This document shows positions 23,489 to 37,502 of a stretch of DNA of 64,000 nt, in pieces. The stretch is from assembly GCA_025786725.1 (NCBI GenBank), contig JAHLTZ010000032.1, positions 186,001 through 250,000 on the forward strand, in the 5' to 3' direction. Each line of letters opens with the position of its first letter. The stretch's first letter is position 1. Origin of the DNA: Syncephalis fuscata S228 (taxonomy: Eukaryota; Fungi; Zoopagomycota). The position numbers and the translations under genes are program-made. Under the pieces are notes generated by a model. The model was not told where the DNA came from. It ran no database searches and saw nothing but the letters and a program-made list of their open reading frames with translations.

Positions 23489-25830
23489 ATGGATGACTTG
23501 TCCGATGAGATTTTGGCATTGATGAATGGTGATATGGGAGGAGGGTCGACGAATGGTGGCGGTGGTGGCAATACAAATAGTGCAAGTAGTGGTGGCAATC
23601 GTAATAAACGAGCTGCCAGTAAAACAGATGGGTAAGCATAAGAGCATGTAGTCCACTAAAGCTGTAACCATAATAACATTGCCAATTTAATACTAATACT
23701 AATAATAATATGATATAATATGATATAATATAATATATGTTATGGCTAATGTTACTAGACGTAAATCTAGGAAAACTGCTTCTATATCCAACGATGAGGA
23801 AAGTGATAGCGATCTTGACCTTAGTCGTGTTGATGAATATGGGCCAGATCTAATGGGCGATGAGGAGGATCGTTACCGGTAGGTGCATATATACCTACCG
23901 GACCACTATAATTACGAATGATAACGAACAGATTGGCGCGTATGACAGAGTTTGAGCGAGAGCAAGTATTGCATGAACGTGCGGAACGACGACAGCAATT
24001 GATAGAGCGTGCAGAGGTCAAGCGTAAACTGAAGACAAGTGAGCGTAGACACGGTGGTAGTTCAAGTGATAAACGACGTAAGTCATCGATGGTTTAATTA
24101 TTGAATATAAAAAACTTACACGGTATTGATTAATAGGTTCAACACGTATTGTACCAGCAAGTGACGAGCAATCACGTGGTATATCAGAATTGAAGCGTAG
24201 ACGAGAAGAGAAGCAATCGCGTAGTTGGGTAATTATAGCTGTTATTTGCACAATTATAAACCATTGTTAATAATGAGTATATGATAGAGAGATCATGCAT
24301 ACGATGATGACGATAATGAACGTGGCGATGGTAATGACGATGATGATGACTATTATTATGGTGGTGGTAATTCGACGAATAAACGTCGTTCGCGTAGTCC
24401 AAGAGATCATCGTTCGCGTAGTCAAGAAAGACAGCAGCAACAGCAACAGCAACAATCTAAGGTAATTCATTAATGCTTATAAAGCACACTGTTCTAATAC
24501 ATAATGTGTATATATTATATGTACTATAGAGGACATCGACATTGGATGAGTTAAATACAGTTCGAATGACTCGAGACATGATAGAAAAATGGGCACATAC
24601 TCCATTTTTTGAACAAGCCGTAATTGGTTCGTTTATTCGGGCTAGTATTGGTCCTGGACCAGATGGTAATATGGTCTATCGTATTTGCCGTGTTGAAAGT
24701 AAGTAAATTGATTATTTAAAGCTATATATTATAGTCATATACTAAATAATTAATGAATAGAATTGGATTCACAATCACGATCGTATATGGTCGGTGCCAT
24801 TACCACGAATTTGGTACTGAATTGTTCGCATGGTAAAGCGAATAAAGTATTTAAAATGGATACTATTTCAAATGGTCCTTGTACTCAGGTAGGATTAGAA
24901 CAAATCAGCCGATTGATCAAATGAAAGATAAAAGGATAGTATATCTAATAGAAAGTGTATATATGTGTAGAGAGAATACGATCGATACATGGGCACACTA
25001 AAGCATGAGCAGCTAAAGCCGATTACATTGTCTGATGTTGAAAGGAAACAAAAAGATTTGGAATTTGCACGCAATTACGTGCTTAACGATGTAAGTTATA
25101 AACCTTACACTTACACACAATGCATTGATAACTAAATCATGTCTTTGTTGGTATTCAGCAAGAGGTTGAAGAAATGGTCAAGGTAAAACAGTCATTAATT
25201 ATGTTTAACCCAACATTGGAGAAGTCACAATTGATACGAGAGCGTGAAAGGGCCGTAATGAACGGCGAACAGGAAACATATCCTTTATTAGCATTGAGCA
25301 ATAGTTGTTGCTGCCATTTATATCGTTAACCTAAACTATACTGTAAAGCGGTATGATACCGAAATTGCCGAAATTGATCGTATTTTGGAGGCTCAGACAA
25401 ATGAGCGACAACGAGCGCTCCAGCAGCTGAATGAACGTAACCGCAAGCTGAATTTAATGGAAATTCGCAAGGCTGAAGAAGACATACGACGACAAAGACG
25501 TAAAGGTAAATGAGAGTACATATTAATTGGAAAATACTGTTTATATTGTTTAATCTAATATCGATTATTGTAGAAATTGAAGAGCATCATCAACAACTGG
25601 CTAAAGCAGCCGCTGCTGCAAATGCCAGTGCAAATGAAGCAGATGGTAATACTACTATGGCTGATATCTCAGCGACAAATAATGCACAGGATTCAAGTCT
25701 TACGGCGCAGCAGCAGCAACAATTGGTGTCGTCATCAGAACCGCTGGCAAATCTATCCTCATTTGAACAAATGATTGCTGGTGCATCTCAGACAACGTTG
25801 GACGTAGACTTGGATGAATTATTGGCCTAG
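23489..25830 (+). CDS. RTF1: Paf1 complex subunit Rtf1 (Plus3 domain)
   Basis: YGPDLMGDEEDR..MTEFEREQVLHER; Plus3 LNTVRMTRDMIEKWAHTPFFEQAVIGSFIR..YRICRV; LNERNRKLN; about 10 introns, one AT-AC. Confidence 0.93.
25278..25341 (+). other. U12-type (minor spliceosome) AT-AC intron in RTF1
   Basis: 5' ATATCCTTT; branch-like TCGTTAAC at 25323-25330; 3' TAC; removal restores NGEQET|VKRYDTEIAEIDR in frame. Confidence 0.9.
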
Positions 25831-26184
25831 TCGTCGTATTATAACAATAAAAGAAAATAGATGTAGATGAAATGAGTACATGCTGTTTTATTTGGTCAAT
25901 AGTATATGTAGTTATTATTAGCAAATATTAATGTTAACATTTTGAATAATCTATATTAGCAAATGATTGTTCTGTATTAAACATGAATATATAATAGCAG
26001 CAAAAGTTGATTAAACATTATTATTAATAGAATAATCGAATGTTTGAAGATCAAGACTGCTTTTACTCTATAGCAAGTATTTAATTGCTGTAACAGTGTA
26101 TAATAAACAAACAAGCAATTTATTTGGATTACGTATTCATGCGCGCGACAATCCCATACTATACTTTACTATTAATGTACTGAT

Positions 26185-28986
26185 CTATTCGTATTCAACA
26201 GATCTGGCAGCACATCGTCGTGCACTGCGTGCGTATTGACGCCGCTCGTCTGCAGTACCAAAGTAAAGCGCTGCCGCCTAAATGGTGCAAGTTTGTTAAT
26301 TTGCTGCTATAGCCTATTTCATCAACATCAAATAATACCTTAGTATTAACATGTGTGGCCGGATTTGGCGATGGATCTTCGGCGAATAATGCGGCTATTT
26401 GTTGCAAATGCTCTTTTAAATCTTCTTCTCGCTTCACACTATTAGCAATATGGCATGTATCAGCTTATTGTATTTACTCGAATAAATAAATAGAACAGTA
26501 TCGCTTGGAATACCTTATTACTTACCGATAATAAGGAATGCCGTCCTCGGTAACGTGGCAATGATAGACGGGTGTGCGGAATACGGCTCGCGGCCATACT
26601 TCAGGGAAATCTTTGTGAAATACAAGTTTTAGCTGAAAGAAGCCGCCATCATAATTGCTAAATAGTGTAATATTGTTTGGATTAATTGATAATATATGTG
26701 CCAAGTGTTAGTGTTATCCAACTGCACAGCAGTGGCTATTTCTTACGTCATTGGTTTGCCAAAGATGGACACGTTCCAAATATATGGATTGTCATCTTCC
26801 AAAGACAGTTCCATACCTATGAAATGTAACATGTATGCGTTATTAATAAACTATATAAATATGTGATTCATCAGCCATATTCATGCTTACCTTCCAAACT
26901 ATTCGAGTTGATAATCTGCTGTAATTGGCCACGTAAATTATCACCTGTCCCGCACTCGTCTTTAATCCACTCCTTTGACTGTTCCTCCCATGTGCATTGC
27001 TCTTTTAGCAGTATTTGCTTAATATTTAACAAGCGTTCAACCAATTGGCTGTAGTTGAATATCCCACTCATTCCATTATGTTTACTCTCAAACGGCATCA
27101 TTTGAAATGGTGATCTGTCCTCAATCAGCCTAGATTCTGCCTCGCAAATAGCCTATGTTTAAATTAGAAATACAGGAATTAAAAGCAATTTAATGTGTAT
27201 CTACCAAATAAGCGTTGAAATGCCATAAAAATAGTCGTTTACTAATATCGGCAAAATCATCGGTGTAAATACCCGATCGATATGTGTATGGCATTATAGT
27301 GGTTACTTTAACATTGGATGGCATGTCGGACGGTATTCTTTTAAACACTTCACAGTTCATTGATGTGTGATGTTTTTTGCGAATACCTAATAGTGTCTCC
27401 AGTCGATCGCAGACTGATATGCGAATGGTTTCTAAATGTGTAAGAACATAGTTAAATCGTGCTTTATATTTGCGTTGATTTTATTAATTACCATGTGTAA
27501 TCTTACGGTTATAGCGCTCCTTGCATATATTTAGTTCTTTTTCTGAATTACCACGAAATTTTATATTGCTATGCCAATTTTGCATCAATTTAATTTTACA
27601 CTTGTGCTCCTGTGTAGTTTATTTGCTTCTGTAGCTTTGGTCTTGTCAGTAGTATTCATTTCATTTGGACTCTCATTTTCTGTTGTGTCCATGGAATTTG
27701 ATGCTGCGTCATTAGCAATGGAACTATGACTACTTGATGGCTGCACCGATACCGGCGATATACATATGGTAGCGTTTATCGATGCTGTATCTTTGGAATT
27801 GATTACCTCGTTGTCATTGTCAACCAGCATTGTTGTAGTTGACGGCAATTCAATCGATTCCACGTTCTTGAAATCGACCAAATCATTATCTGCTATCGTT
27901 GTTTCTATTGATTCAGATTTAGTTTCTACAACATCCTTGGAATCCATTGTGTCATCGCTCGTCACCATTGTCATAGATGCTGGTGCAACCTCTGCTGTAT
28001 ATTTAGAATTGATTGCATCGCCATTAGATGCCATTGACGTAGATGATGTTGACGGCTCAGCCTCCATCAAATCAAGACCCTGAGTATGTTTTTCAGTGGA
28101 TGTTTCCGATTTTGAGTTTCCACCAGTCGAACTGCCAAGTATACCAAATACATTATTAAGATCAAGTGGTCCATAAATCGTTGGTTTATCATTCTTGCCA
28201 TAGCCTGGCTCATTTTCAAACTAAAAATAAGTTCAAATAGGAAACAATACTAAATAATATTTATATTTTGCTATTAATTTACTTACTGGCGTTTCAGACA
28301 TGATGCTTTGGATTGATAATAAAACTGAGGAAACGCCGTGTGCCGAAGACCCTATTATCAATAGTAATAAATCAATATACTTTTCGATATCCATCGAGTT
28401 ATTTACATTGTTCACCTGCTGATCCGGTCCAAGTGCCTAACAGTGACCGCCAATTTGTTAGTTAAAAAATTAAACTAGTTATACATTATTTACCAAGAAT
28501 ACTAAGACACACTTTGCCATCGGCGTATAACTACACATATTAACAGAATGGTTAATATACCAAATATTTATCAGTAATGGCAAAGTGCTTACATTGGGAT
28601 TAAATCGTGTTTGACCTCCATCAGTTGTCTACATTTTATATTAAATACCAATAAGCCGTTTTATTTTAATTGCTACTTACAATAATTCTTACTACAGGCG
28701 GCACTGATGGATATTGGCGTGGAAATTCCATAAGAAATTCAAACATGCCTAACGCATAACTAAGTAAAGAATCGTGTCATAGTCAGTAAACTTTGACAAA
28801 GCCTTGCTTTACTGCCAGCATTGTAATTAGTATTTTCTCAACTTACGGCGTGTGGACTGGGCCAACAATAAGAGCTCGTACTTTCGTAATATTGTCATCT
28901 TGATACTTAATAAATATCTGCTCGTCTGGTGCACGAAGATACTCAAGCAATTCGCGCTGTAGACGAAGTAATGCTTGGTCAGACAT
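26185..28986 (-). CDS. UBE2Z-like ubiquitin-conjugating enzyme with a second, UEV-like UBC domain; apparent 1-nt deletion near 27590
   Basis: [71 protein letters not shown]; second domain NPYIWNV..NYDGGFF..FPEVWP..VYHCHV. Confidence 0.88.
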
Positions 28987-30750
28987 TGTCGCTACTACTG
29001 TTACTAAACTTATTGCGTGAAGTGGTATGTAAAATGTGGCAAAACGGCTGGTTTGAGACTACGTAATAAAGATATTGACAAAGAATAAGACAATAGAAAT
29101 TTAAAAAGGCAACGCTCCACTAGTGCGGGGATGATAGTGCCAGTCCACTGCATATGAATGGTGTGACTCATACGTTGTACTTGTGATGTGTGCTATATCT
29201 TTTAAATCCCATGCTTGTTGCTATATTATTCTTTAGTTATAAAAAATTAGTAAAATTTGTTACTTGAACATTGTTTAGATAAAATATAAACGTAATCTAC
29301 CTATAAAAATCTGGTTATTTTTATACTTTAGTTGTGTATCTGACGCAAATTAAATCAATGTCACCCGAATATACCGTTAATTACATATGTGCTATGTTAT
29401 AAAATTTAAAATATTGAGAGCGCACTTGATATCCATAAAAATATTACAAAGCTTCTAAGATAATTTGATTCTATTGTAGCGGTGGTGAAGTTGTATACAA
29501 AAATAAATGTACTTTTTGTATAAATACGCTGTTTACTAAATTGTAAAATTTAACGACACAAAACGCTATAGTTTGTGTTGTATATTTTATACTACAAGTG
29601 CAAGATTTAGCGCTAAATCAAGTAGTAACAATTGTTTTTAATAACACTTAACACAAAAATACTAATAGCTACAGTAGTTCAGCGTTTAACAGGAATAATT
29701 GACATTAATTTTTCAATTAAATATACAGAACCACAATTGTTATCAAGTTACTACTGATGTACAAACCAATCGCTTATATTTAAAGTATTCTACAATATTG
29801 TTTTGCCATTTATAGCGCATTTCATTATAGCTTGCAAAGCACAATAGTATAAAATAGCTATTATTTTTGATATGACAACGCTAAAACACTATATCGTACA
29901 ATCTTAACAGTAAAACCACTATGTGTAACTGAGGATCAATGGCATGCAGTTAATCACATGATGGATAAAAACATTATTGCTGGTCACGAATTAGTGCGAG
30001 TTAAGGCCATAGTTTTGCGATTATCGCACATAGTACATTTCACCAGATTAAGTTGATATTAACATGGGGTTTAAATGTAGTATATTGTTTATTTTCCAAA
30101 AATGTAATAAATACCATAAGAAAAACGTATTGCCAGAGATTGTAGCCAGTCAATCTTGGATATATTTTTATTTCTGTCAAGCCAACAAGCATTACTATTG
30201 CTAATTTTATGCATGTATGCCTTGAGAGTAAATTGTTAAAAGAGTACGTTTAATTCACTAAAATCCTGTGTCGTTGCTTAATACAAGGCTATAGGTGCAT
30301 ACACTGGCATGCACTACTTTATCACAACCATGCATAATACGACCAATGGTCAAATGCAAAAGAATATTCTATTTTATAAAAGCCACTTTAAGTTGTGATA
30401 CCTCGATGCATTGGAGAATCGCTTAAATCACTGTATTGAATAGATTTGAGTAAACAAAATGATTTTAAAAGCACACATAATGTATTTACAACACTAATAA
30501 ATGTCTTTACACTGATATGATATTATTAATTTTTGTAAACTATATGGCTAACGGATTTGGGGATTTGCAGGTACTTGTTGTAGTGTATAGCATGCTGAAT
30601 TACCGGTTTGATACATAAACAGTGTAAGAATGCCAGCACCCATCGTTTGGTTGGCGGCACAAACATAAACGGCTCTTTTATTCTCCTACTTTACAACATA
30701 TTTCCAATACTACAAATACTTTTACTACTAGATAAAACAGTATAGCATTA

Positions 30751-31742
30751 ATGCCAATTATTGACTACAGTAATCTAAATCATACAGAATGGATCGAAGA
30801 TGCCAGGAAGCTGTGGGGCATTCCATTGCATCCACTTGGCGAAATGAATATATTCGATTTCTACATGGGCATTTCCAACAGCTTAAATGAGCAGCGTAAT
30901 CGGTGGGCTGGTACCAAACTTGAAACAGTACTCGCTATGATGATGATGTTTATTGTTATCCGCAACTTTATTATATGCATCAAAATGACGAGAGATAATC
31001 CGCGCATTCTTGCTCCTTGGTGCTGTCTTATTCCTTCAGTTTTAGGTCTGGTAACTGGCGTGATGTTTATAATACTGGATCTCGGCATGCTGTTTAATTG
31101 TCGAAATCTTCTGTGGGCGATTGTATTCAATGTTCCTTTGATATACTTTTGCAACAGCTTGATATTACTCCAAAAAACATATTTGATCCTTTTTCGTCAC
31201 AAATGGGTGTTGTACACGGGTATTTCGCTCATGCTGCCACAGGTAACCTATGCATTCCTTTGTATATACTATTCTTTTGTTACCATAGAAGCAGAAGCCG
31301 GATGTGTGATGTATTACCCTTCATTCATAATCTGGTATTGGGTTATAATTACCATACCAATCAATATACTATTATCAAGTATTTTTTGCCATATTGCATT
31401 TAAGCAATATAATATATATGGCTCGGACGCATGGAAACGGTTGGCACGCGATGGAATTCAAGCAATGTGTCTAGCTGTACTATGTAACATTGTGTGCTGT
31501 ATCCTGGTAGCGCTACAAGTAGGCGGAAGCCGCTCGGATATGTTTTTCCCTATGGATTGGTAGGTACTAGCAAGTATCTACATCTAATTTACTTACATTA
31601 GTGTAGGATCACGGTTAACACGATACTGATCAATCATTGCCAAAGCATGCGAAAGACTATACGTGTTTCCAATCGTCCAAAAACTAGCCATATACCTGGA
31701 CAATCGCAATTTGAACATATTGGCACTATAGACCACAATTGA
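30751..31742 (+). CDS. Lineage-specific multi-pass (7TM/GPCR-like) membrane protein, copy 2 (2 exons, intact)
   Basis: 270-aa ORF with multiple hydrophobic segments; intron 31560-31606; exon 2 ITVNTILINHCQ..DHN*. Confidence 0.85.
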
Positions 31743-32464
31743 CACAAATAATACTTATTAGCTGTAACACTGCCTTACACCAATATACCATTTAGAATAG
31801 TATTTTGAACAATAAATATGCACTTTAACAGTAATTATTTAGCTGCATAATAATTGTATCCAAGCTATATAACATTAGTAATATCAGAATGATCACACAT
31901 ATTAGTGTAACAATCATAGCAATAAAACTGAGGTGTTTTAATTGTTTACTTTACCAATGGTTTTGCTGATAAAAAGATACATTTATAATAACAAATTAGT
32001 ATTCATGTTAGAAATTTCAGATTATCATAAGCGATGCCCAAATAGTAATAGTGTAGATAGTTTAACATTTGCAACTAGTATTGTTTAATCATTAATGTTA
32101 TCATATTCATATGCAAGTTATTTAGATTTTAATTATTTGGATATTATAATAACAAGCACTACTAGCAAAATTCGTTTTTTGTGTAATTCAATACTTTTAT
32201 GCTTAATAGCATATTATTAGTAAATAATGATATTTTAAATTAACAACAGTCAACAATTAGTATTTATTGTGTTGATTTATAGCTTCAACAATAAATTTAG
32301 CTATTTATACACCTTTACAGATATCGAATACAGTTATTTAAACATGGCCAAGTATAGCTTCGTTTAAACATATTTAATTCACTATAACTGATATGATTAG
32401 CTATTATTGCCAATTTAAATAAATGGTTTATAATATTGTAAAATGTTTATTATCGTTAAAACAT

Positions 32465-33663
32465 TTATACAGTGCGTGGTCCCGAAAGACGTCTAGTAGG
32501 TATGCTAACTCGTCTAAGTGAAGCCAAGTAGCTTGATGGCGAGGGACGTTGTTCCGGATTGGGAACTAGCAATGCTTTTATAGTATCGATCACTGGCTTT
32601 AAAGCAGTGTTTACTGCGGCATTTGGCGTGATCTGGAATTGAGTCGAAGGAAATCCGGCATTCATTGTGTTGACAACGGATTGTTGAAACTGAGACGAAT
32701 TGTTTATGGGAAACAAGTACTTTTTAGTCACTAAAAAGTACATGATTGCACCAATGGACCATGTATCTTTCTTGGTAGGATCCGCTGGTATACCTCGGAA
32801 AACCTCGGGCGGATGATATGGATAAGTGCCAGACCTATCGCTTTCCGGTTTAATTTTACCATTAGCGTAGCTAATGGGAGAAGCAAGGTCAAAATCAATG
32901 ATCGTGGCTTTTGGCCGTGTTGGATTATTTGGATAAGGGAAACTGAGCATGACATTTTCTGGCTTCAAGTCATTGTGAATCAATCCGACTTTGTGCATGT
33001 AAGCAACACCTAGTAGCATCTGCTTTGCTACATCTTGTAGGAACGCAATTCTTTGTGGTAAAAGCGCAGGCTGTGCATATTGGAATAGGTTTGTGGCGCC
33101 GTCGTAGGAATATACGAAGCAAACAGCACCTGGAACTCCGAAAAACATATGTGGCTCGGAAACGTTTTCACGACCAACTGCTTCCATGCCTTTTAATTTA
33201 GTTTTTGCATCAATAAGCATCTGCAAACAGTTTGTTAGATGATATCTCAATATTTACTAGCATTCGTATTTACCTGAGCAGCTTTCATTTCTTTGGCGAT
33301 AACAAGACGGCGACCTGATATTTCACGGCCCTGGGTCATAAAGGCAACACATTTGATAAATGCATCTTTTTCTTTATATTTTCCAAGGGCAATATCCATG
33401 CCACTGCCGTCACCGCCTCCCAGTACGCGAGTGATCCTAAGATCAGCTTTACCGAAAGCACTGGGTCCGTTTAGTTTTTGACCCAAAAAGTTATCAGTTC
33501 GAATGCCATCTATAGAATAATTAGCCAAGTGCAGCCATTATGACATTTAAAACTTACTTGGATTGATTTGGGTCAGAAGTGGCGAAGCAATGGCAAATGA
33601 AGCAATGGAAAGAAGGGTGCATACCTTCAAGGCAGCAGTTAATAGACACCAGTGTCTACGCAT
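32465..33663 (-). CDS. Secreted Ser/Thr protein kinase, copy 2 (3 exons, intact)
   Basis: Signal-like MRRHWCLLTAALKVCTLLSIASFAIA-SP; LGGGDGSG, AFIK, HNDLKPEN, DFD, GTYPYHPPE, DTWSIG; same intron positions as copy 1. Confidence 0.9.
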
Positions 33664-34655
33664 ATTGATGGGGATTGGAGCGTGGTGGTAGTGAAACCGA
33701 GTGTTTATGAATGTAGTAAAGACTAGCAAAACTAGCTGCAGAAGCGAAGCCTTTAAATACATGAATCGAATCAAAGATTAAAAGATACATCTATCACGAA
33801 GTGTTCAAACTATGTTTTATGATGTCGTGTATTAAACGTATCCATATTGTTTTACAATTTACTTAAACGGCCTTCTATTTCACCATATACATTTTAAGCT
33901 CGAAATAAAACGTTTATAATGCCATAATTGTAGATGGTTGATACAAAAAACGTTTGCCACATGCTACATGAAACATCATTGCCCAATAGGCCCAGCATGG
34001 TGTTATAAAACCACCTGGATACTAGATAGCTCCAAGCTGTATGACGTCTATTGTAAACATTGTCACAACAATCCAATCAAATAGTTGCTTAATTTGTAAA
34101 AGAATTCCATTAATCCGAAACGTTTTTTGTAAACAATATTATTGTAGCAACCTTACAATCACTCCTAAATCAATAGTATAGATAATATACTAATACTTTT
34201 TTGCCAATAATCAATACAGCTATTTACTATCTATTTTTATTGACAATTTTTATTAAAGATATCACTAATCATATATCGATTCTAATAGATCAAATATTCT
34301 AGTTTATTGATCACAAATCAACGATGATTATTCTCATTATTAATATTTCTCACCGCCCAGTTTCATATTCAATAGAACAAATGTCAACTTAGTTGGATGA
34401 ATATTATTGAATTTAGTCGTTTGGCCATCAAATGGTTATAAATAGTTGGTAGATTGTATAGTAATGTCAAATGCCACAAAACATATTATGTAATTAATAC
34501 ATTTTATTTAACTAGTAAAATAAATAGTATAACTTATTGCTTATTACGCATTACTTACTAGTATCAACATTGCAAATAGCAATAAATAAACAAGCCAAAA
34601 CATTAAACATTTGCTATTATTTAAAATCCACTCATAGTATGTAATTTAATCATTA

Positions 34656-35845
34656 TTATTTCGATGATGCATCACGCACAGTTTCCAAGAAAACACGAAG
34701 AGCTTCAGGATCATGATTAGGCAACATACCATGACCAAGATTTGCAATATGCGCACCACCTGCAGCAGTAAACTGTGCTATCATTTCACGGGTCCGACTG
34801 CGAATAAGGTCTGGTGGTCCAAATAGCACACTTGGATCCAGATTGCCTTGCAGCGTCACTAGTGGTGCAGCCTTGTCCGATGTACCCGATGCTATTTGAC
34901 GACGTACTTCCACTGGCGATAATGTCCAGTCGAGAGAAACGACATCGTAGCCAGATTGAGCCAATGCAGGTAGTGCATAGTGAACATTTTTAGCAAACAC
35001 CACCATTGGCACAGCACGTTCACCCAAGCGAGCACGTACTTGCTGTGCAACTTGACGCAAATACGGAAGGGAGAATTGCTCAAAGTCTTTGGGAGCCAAT
35101 TCACCAGCCCATGAATCAAATACTTGCAGAATCTGTATCATTACATTGATTAATAAATAAACATTTAATACTATCAAATTTCTTTTTAGCCAATTACCTG
35201 AGCACCAGCATTAACTTGGGCAACCAAGAAATCAACAAGCACTACAGTTAAACGTTCCAGCAGTTTTGCGGATGCCTCAGGATATTGATAAAGCCACGTC
35301 TTTGCTTTACTAAATGTTTTACTGCCTCCACCTTCTATCATATACGCCATAAGCGTCCAAGGAGCACCACAGAAACCAAATAGCGGTACACGTCCATCGA
35401 GCTGTTTTCGGGTAAGTGTGATGGCATCGAGCGCATAACCAAGCTCGGCGATGACATCAACGTTCTCCGTTAAACGGGCCAGGTCGTCCGGTGTTTGTAG
35501 GGGTTCGGGGAAATGAGGCCCCTTACCAGGCACCATTTCTACCGTCATGCCTAATGCTTGTGGAATAACCAGAATATCGCAAAAGATAATCGATGCATCA
35601 AGTAAACCTTCAAAGCGCTCTATGGGCTGTAGAGTAACGCGGGCAGCTAGCTCGGGTGTGCGACAAACACGAAAGAAATCGTGTTCGGCCCGCATTTCAC
35701 GAAACTCTGGAAGATAGCGACCCGCTTGACGCATCACCCACACAGGGGTACGTTCAGTTTGCTCTCCACGAGCAGCACGTAGTAAAAGATCATTACGCAG
35801 CGGAGGAAAGTCCGCGTCCGTTAGAATACGCTGTGAAGTGGCCAT
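34656..35845 (-). CDS. HEM12: Uroporphyrinogen decarboxylase
   Basis: [53 protein letters not shown]; one intron. Confidence 0.97.
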
Positions 35846-36055
35846 GTCTGTAAAACAAAATAAAGAAAGATAATTGCTCGAAAGGAAGACAATTTATGCG
35901 TTGTTAACTGATAAGTGTTAGTTCAATAATGAAATAAGCAGTTATTATAGTAGTAATCGTTTGATGTACACTAATTGATTTGAATTATTTTACGATAAAA
36001 TATTAATTACTATTTGTAATTAAACTAATTGTCAAGATTAACAATTAGTTTGTCT

Positions 36056-37096
36056 TTATTCAGTATCAACCCGTTCCACTTCCAATCCACTGCGCAGTAG
36101 ATTGATAATGTCATCAAGACGATCGACTGCGTGGTCGGCCAGTGGTATAAAGTCGCTATTGCCATCATTATTAACTAAAATACTGACTGCTCCAGCATTT
36201 TTGGCACAGTGTAAATCATCCAAATGATCGCCAACCATTAGCAGCTCATCAGGACGTACATTCTATAAGCTGTTAGTTAAACTCATCAAATATCACAGCA
36301 AGCTCTTACCCATGTCTTTGCAATATGCAATAGTGGATCGGGCGCTGGTTTGGGTGGCTGGAACTCACGCGTCACTAATATCTCGAATTTATGCGCTGGT
36401 TCTCTTAAAGAAAGAAAATGGGCTACAGTATCTGGATTATTACGTGTCAATATGGCCTATAAACAAATTGTGTTAGCCATAATTCCTATTTCTATCAACA
36501 ATGACATTACTTTTGGTAATTGAGCTGATTCCAAATACTAATAACATTAATATATTAATGTAATGATCATTTACATAACATGCATTATTGTTACCGTAAT
36601 AAGTTCATCAAGTCCTAATCAACTATTCATTAGCTATTGTTAGACTATAGTATATACCCCTGTACCTGGCTGTATTTCAATACCAAGCATAGCCTCATCT
36701 TCAATACGCTTGATTAATTGCTCTGCAGCAATTCTTTCATTTCCTTGTAAAGAAGCAGTGTGTGTCAATATATCGACTCCTTTTTCTACACCTAGTTCAC
36801 GTCGCATTCGGCTGATAAAATTCTACTTTACTATTAATAAACTACCTCTACTATACAATAATAAACATGGCATTACTTTTTGCGGAAGCGTTAATGTGCC
36901 ATCCATCTATAGGTCAGCGTTAATATACTAGTCAGAATATCAAGGTATAACATGCATCAAAAACAACGCCACGAATATATCGTGTCTCTTTTGCCAAAGT
37001 GGCGGCATCATTGCTTTGCGCAGAAAGAGCAGCCAAGGCTGCACTGGTATAAAAAATCTTACGCGATAACTGCGTCATGATAGTTGATATTGACAT
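36056..37096 (-). CDS. HAD-superfamily hydrolase (YOR131C-like)
   Basis: GVVFD|MDGTLT motif I across a GC-AG intron; AILTRN; PKPAPDPLLHI; MVGDHLDDL..AGA. Confidence 0.88.
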
Positions 37097-37154
37097 GAAA
37101 GAAGAGAAATGACAGATAATACGTCAGCATTTTTATTTCTTTATTCATTTCAAC

Positions 37155-37502
37155 ATGACTTCGGCACCTGTTGTAGCTGCAGCTTACCAATGTGTAAGCA
37201 GTGGTGAATCTCACGTTTTACAAGTGCCAATAGCACAGGACAAATCTGAAGGGCCCCGTCAGTATCTACAACTGCTACAAGAAGCCACTGAACAATTGCG
37301 TATCAATTGCAATGCATATCTTACTAGTCTTTTACCCTCAAAAGAAATAGAAACTACCACCAAGGCAGGAGACGACGACGACGACGACGAAGAAGAGGAG
37401 GAAGAGGAAGAAGATACGACAAGTAGTGAAGCCAGTAAACGTACTGAACCAGCACCTTTGACTGATCGCGCTATTGATCCCAAGAAACCAAAACTGGCTT
37501 GA
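37155..37502 (+). CDS. Small acidic protein, KEOPS subunit Gon7-like
   Basis: AAYQ..YLQLLQEATEQLRINCNAYLT resembles Gon7 YLxxLxxxxxxLxxxxNxFLT; acidic tail; basic end PKKPKL. Confidence 0.55.
   Translation: MTSAPVVAAAYQCVSSGESHVLQVPIAQDKSEGPRQYLQLLQEATEQLRINCNAYLTSLLPSKEIETTTKAGDDDDDDEEEEEEEEDTTSSEASKRTEPAPLTDRAIDPKKPKLA

Noticed and set aside
29960-30050. Minus-strand LVKCTMCDN plus an RD-like motif as a third Fanzor relic
   Set aside because: Only one CxxC, no EYxTS or WNRD, and wrong spacing
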